From contig JAPEUD010000008.1 of NCBI GenBank assembly GCA_026026165.1, positions 310,001 to 374,000 on the forward strand: a DNA stretch of 64,000 nt, written 5' to 3'. The position numbers were made by a program, and so were the translations under genes. Below are positions 1-12,415 of the stretch, piece after piece; position 1 is the stretch's first letter; each line of letters starts with the position of its first letter. The DNA comes from Sarea resinae. Lineage: Eukaryota. Under the pieces are notes generated by a model. It saw only the letters and a list, made by a program, of their open reading frames with translations, had not been told where the DNA came from and did no database searches.

Positions 1-834
1 CAGCTATTCGCATCAGACGGTGGGCGGTGTGCAAACGCTCATTGGCGACTTCGGAGATGCATTAGTTTCTTAGTTGAACTCATGAATGTTCTTTCTGATC
101 AGGGTACGTTGTGAGGGAAGTAGGAGAATAAGGATATTCAAGTAGAGATAGTGCAGGAAGTGGCTCACAGTGGGTTTGTTTCGTCTTCGGTCTCTTGGAA
201 AACATATTTGAAGTGATAGTGAGAAATGTGTGATGATTCGACAGGATGAAGTTTTTGAATGAGCAAGGATCCGTAATCGTTCAGCACGAAGAGGAGAATC
301 CAAAAGAAAGAAGAGAAAGAGGCCCTGGGCGACTAAATAGTAACAAGCTACCCGCTGAGGGACGCCGAGAGGCGCCGAGACGACGAGACTGTCTGGAAGT
401 GGAAGACCAGGTCCGTCCACAAGCGTGAACAAGCAGTGAATGGATCTTGGGTGAAGACATCATCCAGAGACGACGTCATCCAGATCTGGCGTGTTTGACT
501 ATTAACAAACGCGCCGAGACGCCGAGACACCCTCAAAGTAGAAGAAGCTGCTGCTTCTATGGCTATATGCACAGCGTTGGACGAGAGATCGAAAAGGGGA
601 CGGAAGCGTTGTGGAAGTAGGAAATAAGACGACATTTTCAAAGCAGAAGGGTTCTTGCCTTTCCTCAATTGGATGAACAAGGCTACTAAATTAAAGGCAT
701 TTGAGAAAAAGGGTCAATTATCAAGGAAAGAGCCGATCCCGCCGGACCACGCCTAATGCGATGATGACTGTCCAGCGACTGAAATAGATTCGTAAGATTA
801 GTGTACATCATCAAGAAAGGGATATCAAAAACGA

Positions 835-2228
835 TCAATCCGAAAGTGCAATAACGCTAATCGAATCCCAGATCCTCCGCTTTCTACGCCTGCGATCTCT
901 TGTTCTTGAGTCTGTGTCACCAAACATCTTCGGAGCGCCGTCGACAGCATCCCAAGCGGAGTCGGGAATACCATCAGATACATCCTCTGGAGGACTGTCC
1001 TTCGCGGGAATTGCAGGTGCGACTGGCGCTTGTGAGGATGGCGGCGGAGCGGAACGGTGCCGTTTGGGTTTGACAAGGAGTAATATAAATAAGCCCACGA
1101 CGATGAGAAGAAGCAAGAGTATAGCTTTTCGTTTGGTGGTCTTGCGTTGGTATCCAGTGGCCTGTTGTGTATTTATCAGCTCGAAAATGTCCGATGTGGA
1201 GGGAAATACGATTACGTACCACTGTCAACTCCGTGTCGGCCGCTTTGACATCGACGGCCATCCTCTCGACATTATAATCTATCCGATCCAACATAGTCCC
1301 TTGGTCTATCACCATTGTATGAAGCTCCTTGAAGATGTCCGCAAGCTCTATTATTCCCTTTGCAATATCCGTAATCTCCCGTTCTCGTTGTATGATAGCC
1401 GCGTCATTACTGGCGAGCCGTGTTTGAGACGTTTGCTGCAGCGTTGATTGAGAGAAAGACTTGTCCGCATCCGACTCCATGAGAGAAGGGTCCGTGTATG
1501 GGTTCTGGCTCGGTGTGCCCGATCGCTCTAATGGAGAAGCCATGCCATCGAGTCCCCGTAATTCTAAGTCAAGTCAGTCAGCAGACTCGCCATTGAATGT
1601 GAGAAGACTCACTCTTCAAGTAAGCGCTCTGCTTTTTCCTGAAGCCGCCACTAGCCTCCTGCACCCGCGAAGCCAGCGAAATCTGTATGTTCTTCGCCAT
1701 GGTCTCTTCGCCGTTACTGACACTTCCGGTCTGCTTGGACTCCCTGACCAGCTTGTCGATTTTCTGTATTGCTCTCTGGCAGGCATGAAAACCCCGCGTG
1801 ATCTCCTGGGTCAGATCCTCGATCTCATTCTCCTCTCGCCTCCTCACCTCCTCGTCGTCAAAGCCTGGCAAAACGTGCTTCTGATGGAGCTTGTCGAGCT
1901 TGGCGGACCTCTTGGAAATGTCCACGAGCAAATCCGTGACTTCGTCCTGGATCTCGGTCCACCGTGGAGGCAACAGGTCCATCTCAATGACCGCGTCGCC
2001 GTCGTCCTCGAATGCGCCGGCGGACATGAGCCCGCGGCGTTCCTCGGACGCAGAAACATTGTCGGAGAAGCCATTAGACGATGGGCCTACATAGCGAGGC
2101 TTTTTCGACGGGTGATGAGAATAGGATTGACGATAGGAGATGTAGCTGGAGTATCGATCCCGTCAGCTGCGACGAACATGTCAAGAGAGCTGTTCCTACA
2201 CCTACAGATTGGTCCGGTCCCGCCACAT
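835..2228 (-). CDS. TLG2: Golgi/endosomal Qa-SNARE, syntaxin-16/Tlg2 family (4 exons)
   Basis: Spliced N-peptide MWRDRTNL|YISYRQSY (intron 2205-2146), Habc region (LLPPRW...HVLPGFDD), SNARE motif (REREITDIAKGIIELADIFKELHTMVIDQGTMLDRIDYNVE), C-terminal TM LLLIVVGLFILLLV; three GT-AG introns with CTGAY branch sites. Confidence 0.95.
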
Positions 2229-3385
2229 GGCGCCGCTCGAGGAACGAGCAACCACTCAATAGGGACCAGAGACCAAGGGTGACGACTCCACGCGACTGCA
2301 GAGATGGATCATTTGCGGGCAGCAATGGCTGTGTCTCGTGAAGGACGGTGCAGCGGTGGATCGGGTTGAGGATTGGTGCTGAGTGGTGCAGTGATTTGAT
2401 ATGATGAGCTTGTCGACTATCACAATAATCAATGAAGGCATGTGTACTGTAGTACATTGCCTACTGTAGTTCCGATACTTGGCACTTCCATTCGTACATA
2501 CTCCGGAGCAACTCCCGTCCGTAGCCCCCGGGATCAACTGCGCGTCCAAAGCTTCCGAATTGGGGCCTTTCGGGACTTGCCATGGACTTGCCATGGAGCC
2601 GTTGGCAACGTACCAGGTACCTGTAGCTGGATTCGTACTGTGGTGGCCTCCAGCTACTGCTTACCACCAGCTCACCAGAGCACCGGCCCAGCAGCCCTAC
2701 CGCGATATCACACTGGCAAGCTGGAGCTGCGGCATCGAATGCCTGAGGTACCTACCTACCCACCCATCTACCTCCAGCTACCTTCCTACGTAGTGCATAG
2801 TGATGCACATTCACGCTCGTCTACTCTATGAGTCTTCTTGGACGAGATACTCTCTCTGACATGCATTCAATGGTGAACGGTAATGATAATAGGAGTCCCT
2901 TAGGTAATCATCACCATGGTCTTCATCATCACGGTCTGTGTGATGCTATTGGGGCAGAGACGAAGTGGGTAATTTCGAATGAACAGGTACTGATCGATAC
3001 TTCGACCGCCACACCCTGCTGGGCGCGAAGCGGGGTACCACCACCGTCCTCTTGTACCGTCGCGCCCACTTTGCGCCCACAGTGACTGACCGCCTCGACT
3101 CCGATTGACTGCCCACGCAATCCAGCCGACAAGGGTTCCTGCCACCAACGCACGCGCGAGAGAGACAGAGAAGAGAGGGAGAGCAGGCCAGCAGCTGAGG
3201 CTCCATTCATTGAAATTGGACGTCTTGCATCACTCCCCTCATTTCCCCCCCCCCCAACGGCCACCTCGCAATTCTTCTTCTCCTTCTCGCTCCCTCTTGC
3301 AATCGCCAGCCTTTCTCTTCCGCAGCCTCTCATCGATATCTGAAGGCTCAACACTCCTGACGCCTCTTCCCCTCCCCGTCTCAAC

Positions 3386-4394
3386 ATGGTGGGTCCCCTC
3401 GCACGTTATTGACGGTCGTGGTAGCCCCGCGTTGGCAGCCAGTCGCTACAACCAACCATGGGCTTTGCGACTCCTTCGTCATGTCTGCGACACTCGACCA
3501 ACGCTGACTTCTGACTTCCCAGGCCGACTCTCTGACCGAGGAACAAGTTTCCGAATTCAAGGAAGCCTTCTCTCTTTTCGTAAGTACCCTTCCTGGGCCA
3601 GGTCTGAAGCACCAAGCGGTCGACCCAATTGCGCATTCATGCTGGACGTGCCATGGTCTTTGGCTGACATCTCCTGCCCGTGCAACAGGACAAGGATGGC
3701 GATGGTTAGTGCTGATCTTCTGATAACTCGCTGTCCGCTGCTGTGATTCTGGTCCTATACAACCTGCACCCAGCATACATACCCCTTGGATGACCCGTCT
3801 GTTTCAATATCCTCCCTTGACAATCTCATCCGATACAATCTCACACTATGTGACATGAATCTGCGACTGGTACTGTTGTGGATCGAGACGCTTACATGTC
3901 ACCAATGTGTCAGGCCAAATCACGACCAAGGAGCTAGGTACCGTTATGAGGTCCCTGGGACAAAATCCCAGCGAATCCGAATTGCAGGACATGATCAATG
4001 AAGTGGATGCCGATAACAACGGAACGATTGACTTCCCCGGTACGCTATGTCCTCTCCCCTCACCGAGAGAAATAGCCTAATGGGTCGTCGACAGAGTTCT
4101 TAACCATGATGGCTCGCAAGATGAAAGACACCGACTCCGAGGAAGAGATCCGAGAGGCTTTCAAGGTGTTTGACAGAGACAATAACGGCTTCATCTCTGC
4201 CGCCGAGCTTCGCCACGTCATGACATCGATTGGCGAGAAACTGACCGATGACGAAGTCGACGAGATGATCCGCGAGGCAGACCAAGACGGCGATGGACGA
4301 ATTGACTGTACGTTCTATAGCTTTACGTGAAGCCAGCGAGACTAATAAGGATTTGCTAGACAACGAGTTCGTCCAACTCATGATGCAAAAATAA
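3386..4394 (+). CDS. CMD1: Calmodulin (6 exons; first exon is ATG only)
   Basis: Spliced [111 protein letters not shown]...[12 protein letters not shown]; the typical five-intron filamentous-fungal layout. Confidence 0.99.
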
Positions 4395-4826
4395 GTGCAG
4401 GATCGTCACGCGTGGTGTACGAGGAATTGGAAAGGCGAATTTTCTTCCGAGCTCGGACCCTAGCGGTGGTGGTGGGGGCGATGCTCTGTGTGCTGGACGC
4501 ATGTTGCTGAGCAGTATTTGCAGTTCGTTGGGTGGTCTTAGCAATTCAGATATCCTTCGATGCTGCTTGTTCTTCCCCTTTCATACTATGTAACAGCGAT
4601 ACTACAATGCTATTATTCGCGGCTGCGGAATCAATGTGATATTTTTGAGACGGGCACTATTGGTAATCTAACAGAACCAATTCCTGTTGCACTGATGGGT
4701 ATATTGTTGAAGCTGTATATGCAAAATCTCGGCCCTTTCTCACAGAACCTTTTCCAAACGGCTGTTGAGCTTCTTCTTACTGCGCCACCACATTTCGCGG
4801 CAGGCTCAAACTCTGAACGATTTCCA

Positions 4827-5581
4827 TCAGCCACGGAGCCTCAACAGCTCGAAATATTGCCGTTCCAGATCAAAATCCGTGCCCTTTCCAACGCCAGGCA
4901 CTTTGATGTATTCTCGGGCACTAGGAGCTTCCAACTGTTCCCACAGATCCCTGATCACTATCTCGCCCGTATCCCAATCTTCAATGGTATTCTCGCCGTC
5001 CTGGTCGTCTCCAGCCGACCATTCGATCTCTGCTATGATACCCCTCTTCTGGCCACCAGGGCCTGTCTTCACCTCGCCGAGTCTGATGCTGAAATCCCCA
5101 AATGCATATGCGGTGCCGTTCGTCACATGCAGCGTCTGACGCAGAGACCACAGCGGCCCCAGCTTCGAGATCATCAACTGCATCAGGTCTTCACCCTGTG
5201 GGGTCGCAATGACCGTGGGGACTCGGTTGCTCACGGCCCCATCTTGGCCCTTGGGCGCAGTGACGCCGACGATGGTCCTGCCGGGGCGATGCCAGAGACT
5301 GAGGAACTGAAGAGCGCGCGATGCGGCGGCCTTGTCATCGTTGCCGGGCATCAGGGTCGCGGTTTCGCGCATCAGACGGTGGTCGAGGCCCCATCTTCCT
5401 CGCGGTTCCGGTTCGTATCGGATGGTGATGCGGTCGATCAGGGTCTGCAAGGTGGCGGTTTGAGTCGCTTCGGGGATGAAATAGAGGCTATGCATCCAGC
5501 AAGTAGCTCGACGGTTAGCCGCGAGGCAAGCAGGGATTCTGCTCGAAGGAATGCCGAGGCCACTTACCCCGTCACCGTCAT
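4827..5581 (-). CDS. MED20: Mediator subunit Med20 (2 exons: 5581-5568, 5487-4827)
   Basis: MTVTG|LYFIP start after a GTAAGT..GCTAAC..TAG intron; GRWGLDHRLMRET, LGPLWSLRQTLHVTNGTAYAFGDFSIRLGEV and DLERQYFELLR resemble fungal Med20/Srb2. Confidence 0.85.
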
Positions 5582-6141
5582 CGCTCCAGCATGGCAATGG
5601 ACCGTTGATCGTGGACCGTCTTGACTTCTGGTGGTGTTGTCGTCGTCGTAGCCGTTCTATCGCAGGTTTCGCCCTGCTTGTTCGTGGAAAGCGAGGAGAG
5701 ATGTGTTCGTTCCGTCGAGAGAAAGAGAGATCGATGGCCTGCCAGATGAATGGTGATGGTGAGAGTGAGAGTACGAGTACTTCCGAGTATGAACAGCCCT
5801 CATCACAGGGATGCGACATACGCGTGGATTCACCTCTCGAATCCACCCTGCGGCCACAACTAAACCTCATTGAGCGAGTGGATGCCATTCACTAAAGACC
5901 AAGGAGGATAGGAGATTATATGCCACTTTTCATCAACACCAGATCTTAGCATTGTTCTCGGCCTCTCGACTCTCGACTCTCGGAACCTCCAACCTTGCTT
6001 GGGATGGTCAACTGGTATCTCAACGTTCTCAGAGGAGAAACATCCCGGTCCATCCTACCGGCCTCACCCCCAGGTTGAACTTGTCGCGTGCCACAGCCCT
6101 TCACGCCCCCACCCCCCTCCCCTCTGCGCTTTGAAATCACG

Positions 6142-8214
6142 ATGCTTCTCATCCGGCGGGTCTGGCTTCTTCCCGCTTGTTGTGTGCTTTTCATCATCAT
6201 ATTAGCTTACCGCCGGGCGGAACGAGCATCATGGGAGCTGTCACAGCAGACGCAAGCGAAGATCAAAGCCTTGATAGGTCAAGGCATCAAACGACCCGAG
6301 AACTTTCCTGTCAAGTCCATGGTCCCATTACCCACGGGGACTGGGACTGCGATACCGAAGATTCAATTCGCCTTTCCCGAGGGCACCGCCGAGGACCCTG
6401 TGCAGCAGGAACGGCTCAACGCCGTCCGGAAAAGCTTCAAGCATGCGTGGAAGGGCTACAAGGCTTCGGCGTGGATGAAGGATGAGGTGGCGCCGATCTC
6501 GGGCGGATACCGGAACACGTTTGGAGGTTGGGCGGCGACGTTGGTGGATACGTTGGATACGCTGTGGATCATGGGCTTGCATGATGAGTTTGAGGAGGCG
6601 GTGCAGGCGGTCAAGGAAATCGATTTCACCTCGACCGAAGAGACGACGCTGAATCTATTTGAGACCACCATTCGGTACCTCGGTGGACTGATCGGGGCTT
6701 ACGATGTCAGTGGAGGGAGATATCAAGACTTGCTGGACAAGGCGGTGGAACTGGGAGAGGTGCTGTATCGAGCATTCGACACGCCGAATCGGATGCCGGT
6801 GACCAGGTGGGGCTGGAGAGAGTGAGTGCAGATGAGGATATTACACCAGCGAGATACTGATTTTGCGGCAGCTATGCCATGGGCCAGCAGCAGAAGGCTC
6901 CCACTATGGTTCTGGTAGCAGAAATCGGATCCCTGACGCTCGAGTTCACCCGACTCTCTCAGCTTACGGGGGATCCGAAATACTACGATGCCATCCAGCG
7001 TATTACCGACGAGTTTGAGAAGAACCAGAATAACACCGCCCTGCCGGGTCTGTTTCCCGTGGTCATAAACGCGCAGACCTTGTCTTTCACCGACGCAGGC
7101 ATGTTCACCATCGGTGGCATGGCCGACTCATTATACGAGTACTTCCCCAAGGTGAGTCCACTTCCCCCTATCGACAAGTAAAGCCTCCCCTAACATTCGT
7201 TCTTCAGCAACATCTCCTCCTCAACGGCCTCACTCCCCAGTACCGCAACCTATACGAAACCTCCCTGCAAGCAATGAAAACTCATCTCTTCTTCCGGCCG
7301 CTCAACAAAGACGACCAAGAGCTCCTTTTCCCAGGCGACGCCTCCATCTCGGCCCAAAAGGAAGCCACACTCTCGCCGCGCGCTCAGCACCTGTCCTGCT
7401 TCGCCGGCGGCATGGTCGCGCTGGCCGCCAAAGCCTTCTCCAAGCCACGCGACCTAATCCCCGCGCGCAAGCTCCTCGACGGCTGCGTGTGGGCCTACGA
7501 GTCGCAGCCGTCGGGCCTGATGCCGGAGATCCTGCATCTCGTGCCCTGCGACGCGCAGACGCAGTGTGAGTGGGACGAGAAGAGCTGGCACCGCGGCATC
7601 GCGGTACGGCAGAAGGAGATACGGGAGCGGGCGCGGCAGGACGACCGCGAGGTCATCGAGGAGCCGGCGCCGTCGCAGATCGCGCGCATCATCAAGGACC
7701 AGCGGCTCACGCCCGGCGTCACGTCGGTCGACGACCGCCGCTACATCCTGCGGCCCGAGACGATCGAATCTCTTTTTGTGTTGTATCGCACGACGGGCGA
7801 CCCGGGGCTGCGCGACACGGCGTGGCGCATGTTCAACGCGATCGAGCGGGCGACGCGCACCAAGATCGCGCACGCGGGCCTCGACGACGTGACGGTGGTG
7901 CCGGCGGCGTATTCGCCCATGGGCATGGGCGGCGGCAACGGCAAGGGCAAGAGCGACCGCATGGAGAGCTTCTGGCTCGCCGAGACGCTGAAGTATTTCT
8001 ACCTCATCTTTGCGCCCGAGGAGCTGGTCAGTCTCGACGACTTTGTGCTGTAGGTTTTTGCTCTCTCTCACACCCCCTCCCCCTCTTCGCTTCTGGTCTA
8101 GTGAGGTGAGGTCGCTGATGAAGTCGACAAACGAGCAGAAATACCGAAGCCCATCCCTTCAGACGTCCGGCCCCTTCTCCACCGCCCCCACCGCAAAACG
8201 AGGGAGCCGATTGA
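6142..8214 (+). CDS. Class I alpha-1,2-mannosidase, GH47, type II membrane protein (4 exons)
   Basis: N-terminal TM; motifs FKHAWKGY..AWMKDEVAPISG, GWAATLVDTLDTLWIMG, NLFETTIRYLGGLIG, AEIGSLTLEF, ADSLYEY, HLSCFAGG, YILRPETIES, DRMESFWLAETLKYFYL, NTEAHPF. Confidence 0.96.
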
Positions 8215-8895
8215 GGCGCCCAGATAATGAAACCCGTGAATAATGAGTCCAGCCGACCGCAATCCCATACTCCATACTCCGTACTTCTTTCACCACCCTA
8301 TCACCTTATCCCTAGAGCTCGAGTGATGGATCGAATTGACTCGAGTCGATTGTATTGACGTATATATCCATCTGTTCATCTATCTGTCATCTGTCCACCT
8401 TTTCTCTCTCCTTTCCACTTTCTCTCTTTTTCTCTTTCTCCCTCCCTCCCACCCCCCTTCCTCCTCTCTCCTTGTGTATGTATTCCCACTTGGCCCCCTC
8501 ATCTCTCTTCTTGTCTATCCACAACCGCAGCCAGCGTGCATGCATGCGGTACGTTTAAGAAAAATCAACCAACCAACCAACCAATCAACAAGCCAACCGA
8601 CCACCCAGCAAGTCAAGCAAGCAAGTCAAGCGGTCTCCATTATCTCATCAATTCATCTACCTATCAATCAATCTATCTATCGATCAATCTATCCATCTAT
8701 CTCTCTATCTCCAAACCCGAAACTAGCAAAGGAATGAACCCAGGAGTCACAGAGGGAGAGAGAGAGTCAGACAGACAAAGAGAGTCCGAAGGGGGGGGAT
8801 TTATTAGAGTTGGTTCCATACCGTCGATTTTCTTCTTTCATTCTTCTCTTCGCGGGGTCTTGGGGACTTTGCAAGTACGGTTCTTTGTTTGTTTG

Positions 8896-8928
<33 letters not shown>

Positions 8929-8977
8929 TTTCGTAGGATCTAGCCTCCGAGCCTGAACCCCGGTCTGGGGCATCGGG

Positions 8978-9097
8978 CATCAAACGCCAAACATCAAACA
9001 TCACCATCAAACATCACCATCAAACATCACCATCAAACATCACCATCAAACATCACCATCAAACATCACCATCAAACATAACCATCAAACGCCAAAC
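8978..9097 (+). repeat. 13-bp minisatellite (CATCAAACATCAC) x ~7, bracketed by CATCAAACGCCAAAC on both sides
   Basis: Units start at 8992, 9005, 9018, 9031, 9044, 9057 and 9070 (variant). Confidence 0.95.
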
Positions 9098-9231
9098 CTC
9101 TTATCTAGATCTACTAGGAAAGAAAGAAAGAGTGTTGGTGTGTCTCATCGTGCAAACCATCCCATCCCGTCTCATCCCATCCCTATACATATACATACAT
9201 ATACATATACCAATACCAAGAGACCTGTCGT

Positions 9232-9321
9232 GAGCCGGTAAGAGTTGGTAAGAGCTGTAAGAGCTGTAAGAGCTGGTAAGAGCTGGTAAGAGCCGGTGAG
9301 AGCCGGTGAGAGCCGGTAAGA
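9232..9321 (+). repeat. Degenerate 9-10 bp tandem repeat GAGC(C/T)GGT(A/G)A x ~9
   Basis: gagccggtaa gagttggtaa gagctgtaa gagctgtaa gagctggtaa gagctggtaa gagccggtga gagccggtga gagccggtaa. Confidence 0.9.
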
Positions 9322-9942
9322 TTCGGTATAGTAGGAGACATCCATGTAGGAAACATGTCTGGGCCCAAGACGACGACGACGACGAAGATAGTGGAATGGG
9401 CTAGATCGTACCCATCATCCCCATCCCCATCCCCGGCCCCATCCCCATCACCATCACCAGCTACATACGCTTTCTTTCTTTTCTTTTCTTTTCTTTTCTT
9501 TTCTATACGATGGCGTGAGTGTGAGTGAGTGAGTGAGTGAGTGAGAGTGTGTGGCGACTGGTCTCTTACGTATTTGATGCATGAGCGTCTCTCTGCGTCG
9601 GAGCTGAAGCTCAAGGGTCTTTGTTAGGATGGATAGACGGACGGGGGAGGGACGTACATTGGTGGCTAATACGACATGATCGAGTTTGGTAAAGGACGGC
9701 GAAAGTTTTGTTTCTCTGTTCTATTTTCATACAGAAAGAGGAAAAAAGGAGAATATGAGAATGAGATGCAAATGGATGATGAAACCAGGAGAATGCGAGA
9801 GAGAGAAAGAAAGAAAGACGATTGCCCCAAAACACCACAGCCCAGATGCAAACAGATGCCCCGAAAAAGAAAAAAGCCAATTGCCTGCTCATCTTCCAGT
9901 CCAGCTCTCATGCTCTCCAAACGCCAGAATGTCACACACTCG

Positions 9943-11462
9943 TCACGTGCCCGCGGCGAGAAAGCTTAGGAGACTGCCGACGGTCAGGCCAGCCACGAGG
10001 CAGAGGCCCATGAAGCCACCGGCGGCTTCTCTCTCCTCGACGTCGACCCACTCGACGGCACCCATCATGCAACTACTGCCCAGATAGCCGTTGCTCGCGC
10101 CGAAAAGGACCTGCACGATCACGAGATAGAAGACATCGCTCGGGATGACAGCGCCGCGGCCGTGGAGATTGCAGAGGAGATACAGCGGGATGAAGATGAT
10201 GCGGGCGAGAGACATGGCGAAGAGGATCCGTGGCCGGTGTGTAAGCCTCAGTGCTGGGAGGGCGGTCAGGAGACGACCGATCAGGTCGCCAATGTTCCAG
10301 AATAAGAATGCTAGCGGGATGAAGTTCGGCGGGTGGAATATTCGAGACGAGTTCTCCGGCTTGCGAACGGAGAGAATGGCCTGCACCTTTGGTTAGAAAA
10401 TTACCACAACTTCCGACTTCCGACGTACCTGAGTGAAGACGGGGAAAACCATCGTGACAGTGAAGCAGAGAAACACGGCGGCAGACAGCCAATGCAGCTT
10501 CTTGAACAGCCTCCATAGGCCGATCACTTTCCTCTCCAGGTGTTCCTCGACTTCGGCGCTATGGACGCTCTCCAGCATTCGTTTCGCCTCGTTGCGAGCC
10601 CCGTGTCGCTGGACCAAGAAGACAAAGACAAGGAGAGTGATTGCAGAAATGACCGTAGCCGTAATGAAATAAATAAATGCCGAAGTCGACGACTCTTCGC
10701 CTGGGCCATCCACCTCCTTGTTCGGAGGAACAGACAGGACAGAAATGATTTCTACATCAGGTCAGCCGAAGCATTCTGGTTCAGACTGTCCGCTACTCAC
10801 GCGCAACGCAAGGCAAGACCCCAGCAACGGCCTGCCCCGTCATAATGGCCTGAGTGTACTCTTCTCGCCCGAACCCAGAGACGTATGCAAAGACACCATT
10901 CTGACTTAGTGCCGCCGAAAGACTGGCCGAGAAGACCGTAGCAAGCACAAAACCAAAGTATCCACTCGCGGTGACATTACGGAACGCGCTCGTCGATATG
11001 GCCAACAGCGTAAAAGTGACGATACTGAGGAGCAGGGAAAAGGCTATTCGCTTGGGATACGAGGCCTTGGATTGGAGCTTGGTGAGGATGAGCATGGAGC
11101 CCAGATTCGTGACGGTGGAGACGGAGATGATGGCGGATTGGAAGTGAGTCAGGATCCAGTCGGACGAGGAGAAGCGGCGTTGGAAGTAGGGGGCTGCAGC
11201 AAGAAACATATTCCTGTAGCACAATCACACTCGTCAGTCCGTAGTTCCATGGCAGCTATAGCACGATAGAGATCAAATACCATGCCCATAGCATCGCAAC
11301 CCCCAGCATCAGGAAGATGGAGTATTCCGTCCACGAGAAGGGATCCTGCTCCGGTTCCTCTGCCTCGATGGGTTCGCCATCCGGCCCCACGGAGCCGCCA
11401 TCGATGGGCTCATACGCTGGAGGCTCCGACTGAGGGTGAAAGAGGTCGGCGAGACGCGCCAT
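9943..11462 (-). CDS. Equilibrative nucleoside transporter, ENT/Fun26 family (4 exons)
   Basis: YSIFLMLGVAMLWAW|NMFLAAAPYF, YTQAIMTGQAVAGVLP, VTMVFPVFT, FLFWNIGDLIGR, LFGASNGYLGS, EREAAGGFMGLCLVAGLTVGSLLSF; many TM helices. Confidence 0.95.
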
Positions 11463-12415
11463 GACTGTTGGATCTCGAGCAGGCGTCGAGCTGCGGCATC
11501 AGCCTAGGAAAGGCAAAGATGCGTATCGTCTGTGGGTCGAAGAGGTGCTCCGGGATGGATCTGTTGTGATCTGATGGACAGAGGACAGAGAGAGGACACA
11601 GAAAGGACACCGACAGAGGGCAGAGGACAATAGTGACGCATGAAGTCAGAGAGCCCGAGCTCGCTCCATGCCAGCACATCGCTACCTGATATCAAGTAGC
11701 TCTCCGCGTAGACTCGGTCACACAGTACCATGTCGGACGGTACCTCTGCAGCTCAGTCAGCGGTTCAGCGGCTCATGACCATGTCCCATCTCATATCAAC
11801 ACCCCCAGCCGCCCACTATTTTAGCCCCGGGCACTACTCTGCCACGGCCGTCAACCTCCACGCCTTTTACTATGAGCATCAGAGGCCGCGTAACATGATT
11901 GCATCCTCATGCGCTGCATCTATGTCGTGCATTCTTTTACATCTGGCACTCCTCAGGTCAAAATACTCCGGTTGTCGTGATCCGTCCGAGACGGTCTCAC
12001 CTGTTATTGATGCCCTCTATCGAGATTCGATATAAGCATATATCCTCCTTTCTCTCGCATCTTCGATCTTTTTCTTAGTTTCCCCTGACATTAGGTTGGT
12101 GGGCGCCTTCGGCCCAGCGGAGAGGGACACCATGCCTAAAACTCACCTTCCTATCTTGGACGTGGATTTTGATTGTTGATTTTTTAGAAAAGGATTCTCA
12201 TTCATAATCCATACAAATACAATCGTCTCCTTTTTTTTTCTTCAATGCTCCTCTATAACCATTTACCGAAAAACCGTCGAGGCTATCGTCCAAAGGGCCA
12301 AAAACTTCGAAAAGCCCGCCGCATGCGCCATTTTCAACGCCGCGTCAATGCACCCGTCCCGTTCTATTCTATTGAGGAACCAATCCAATCCCGGAAGGTC
12401 TGCCATATCCCAGTA

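Noticed and set aside
1..700. Short ORFs at the window start
   Set aside because: No recognisable product or coherent exon chain
4560..5624. 354-aa + strand ORF over Med20 (likewise 1461-2282 over TLG2 and 54137-55045 over the Ant1-like gene)
   Set aside because: Antisense mirrors of real CDSs with no recognisable domains
8113..8135. Hammerhead ribozyme core CTGATGA (also ~14660 on the - strand)
   Set aside because: No stem II followed by GAAA; the 8115 site is the branch point of the last GH47 intron
8978..9321. CRISPR-like array
   Set aside because: Head-to-tail tandem repeats with no spacers, in a eukaryotic genome
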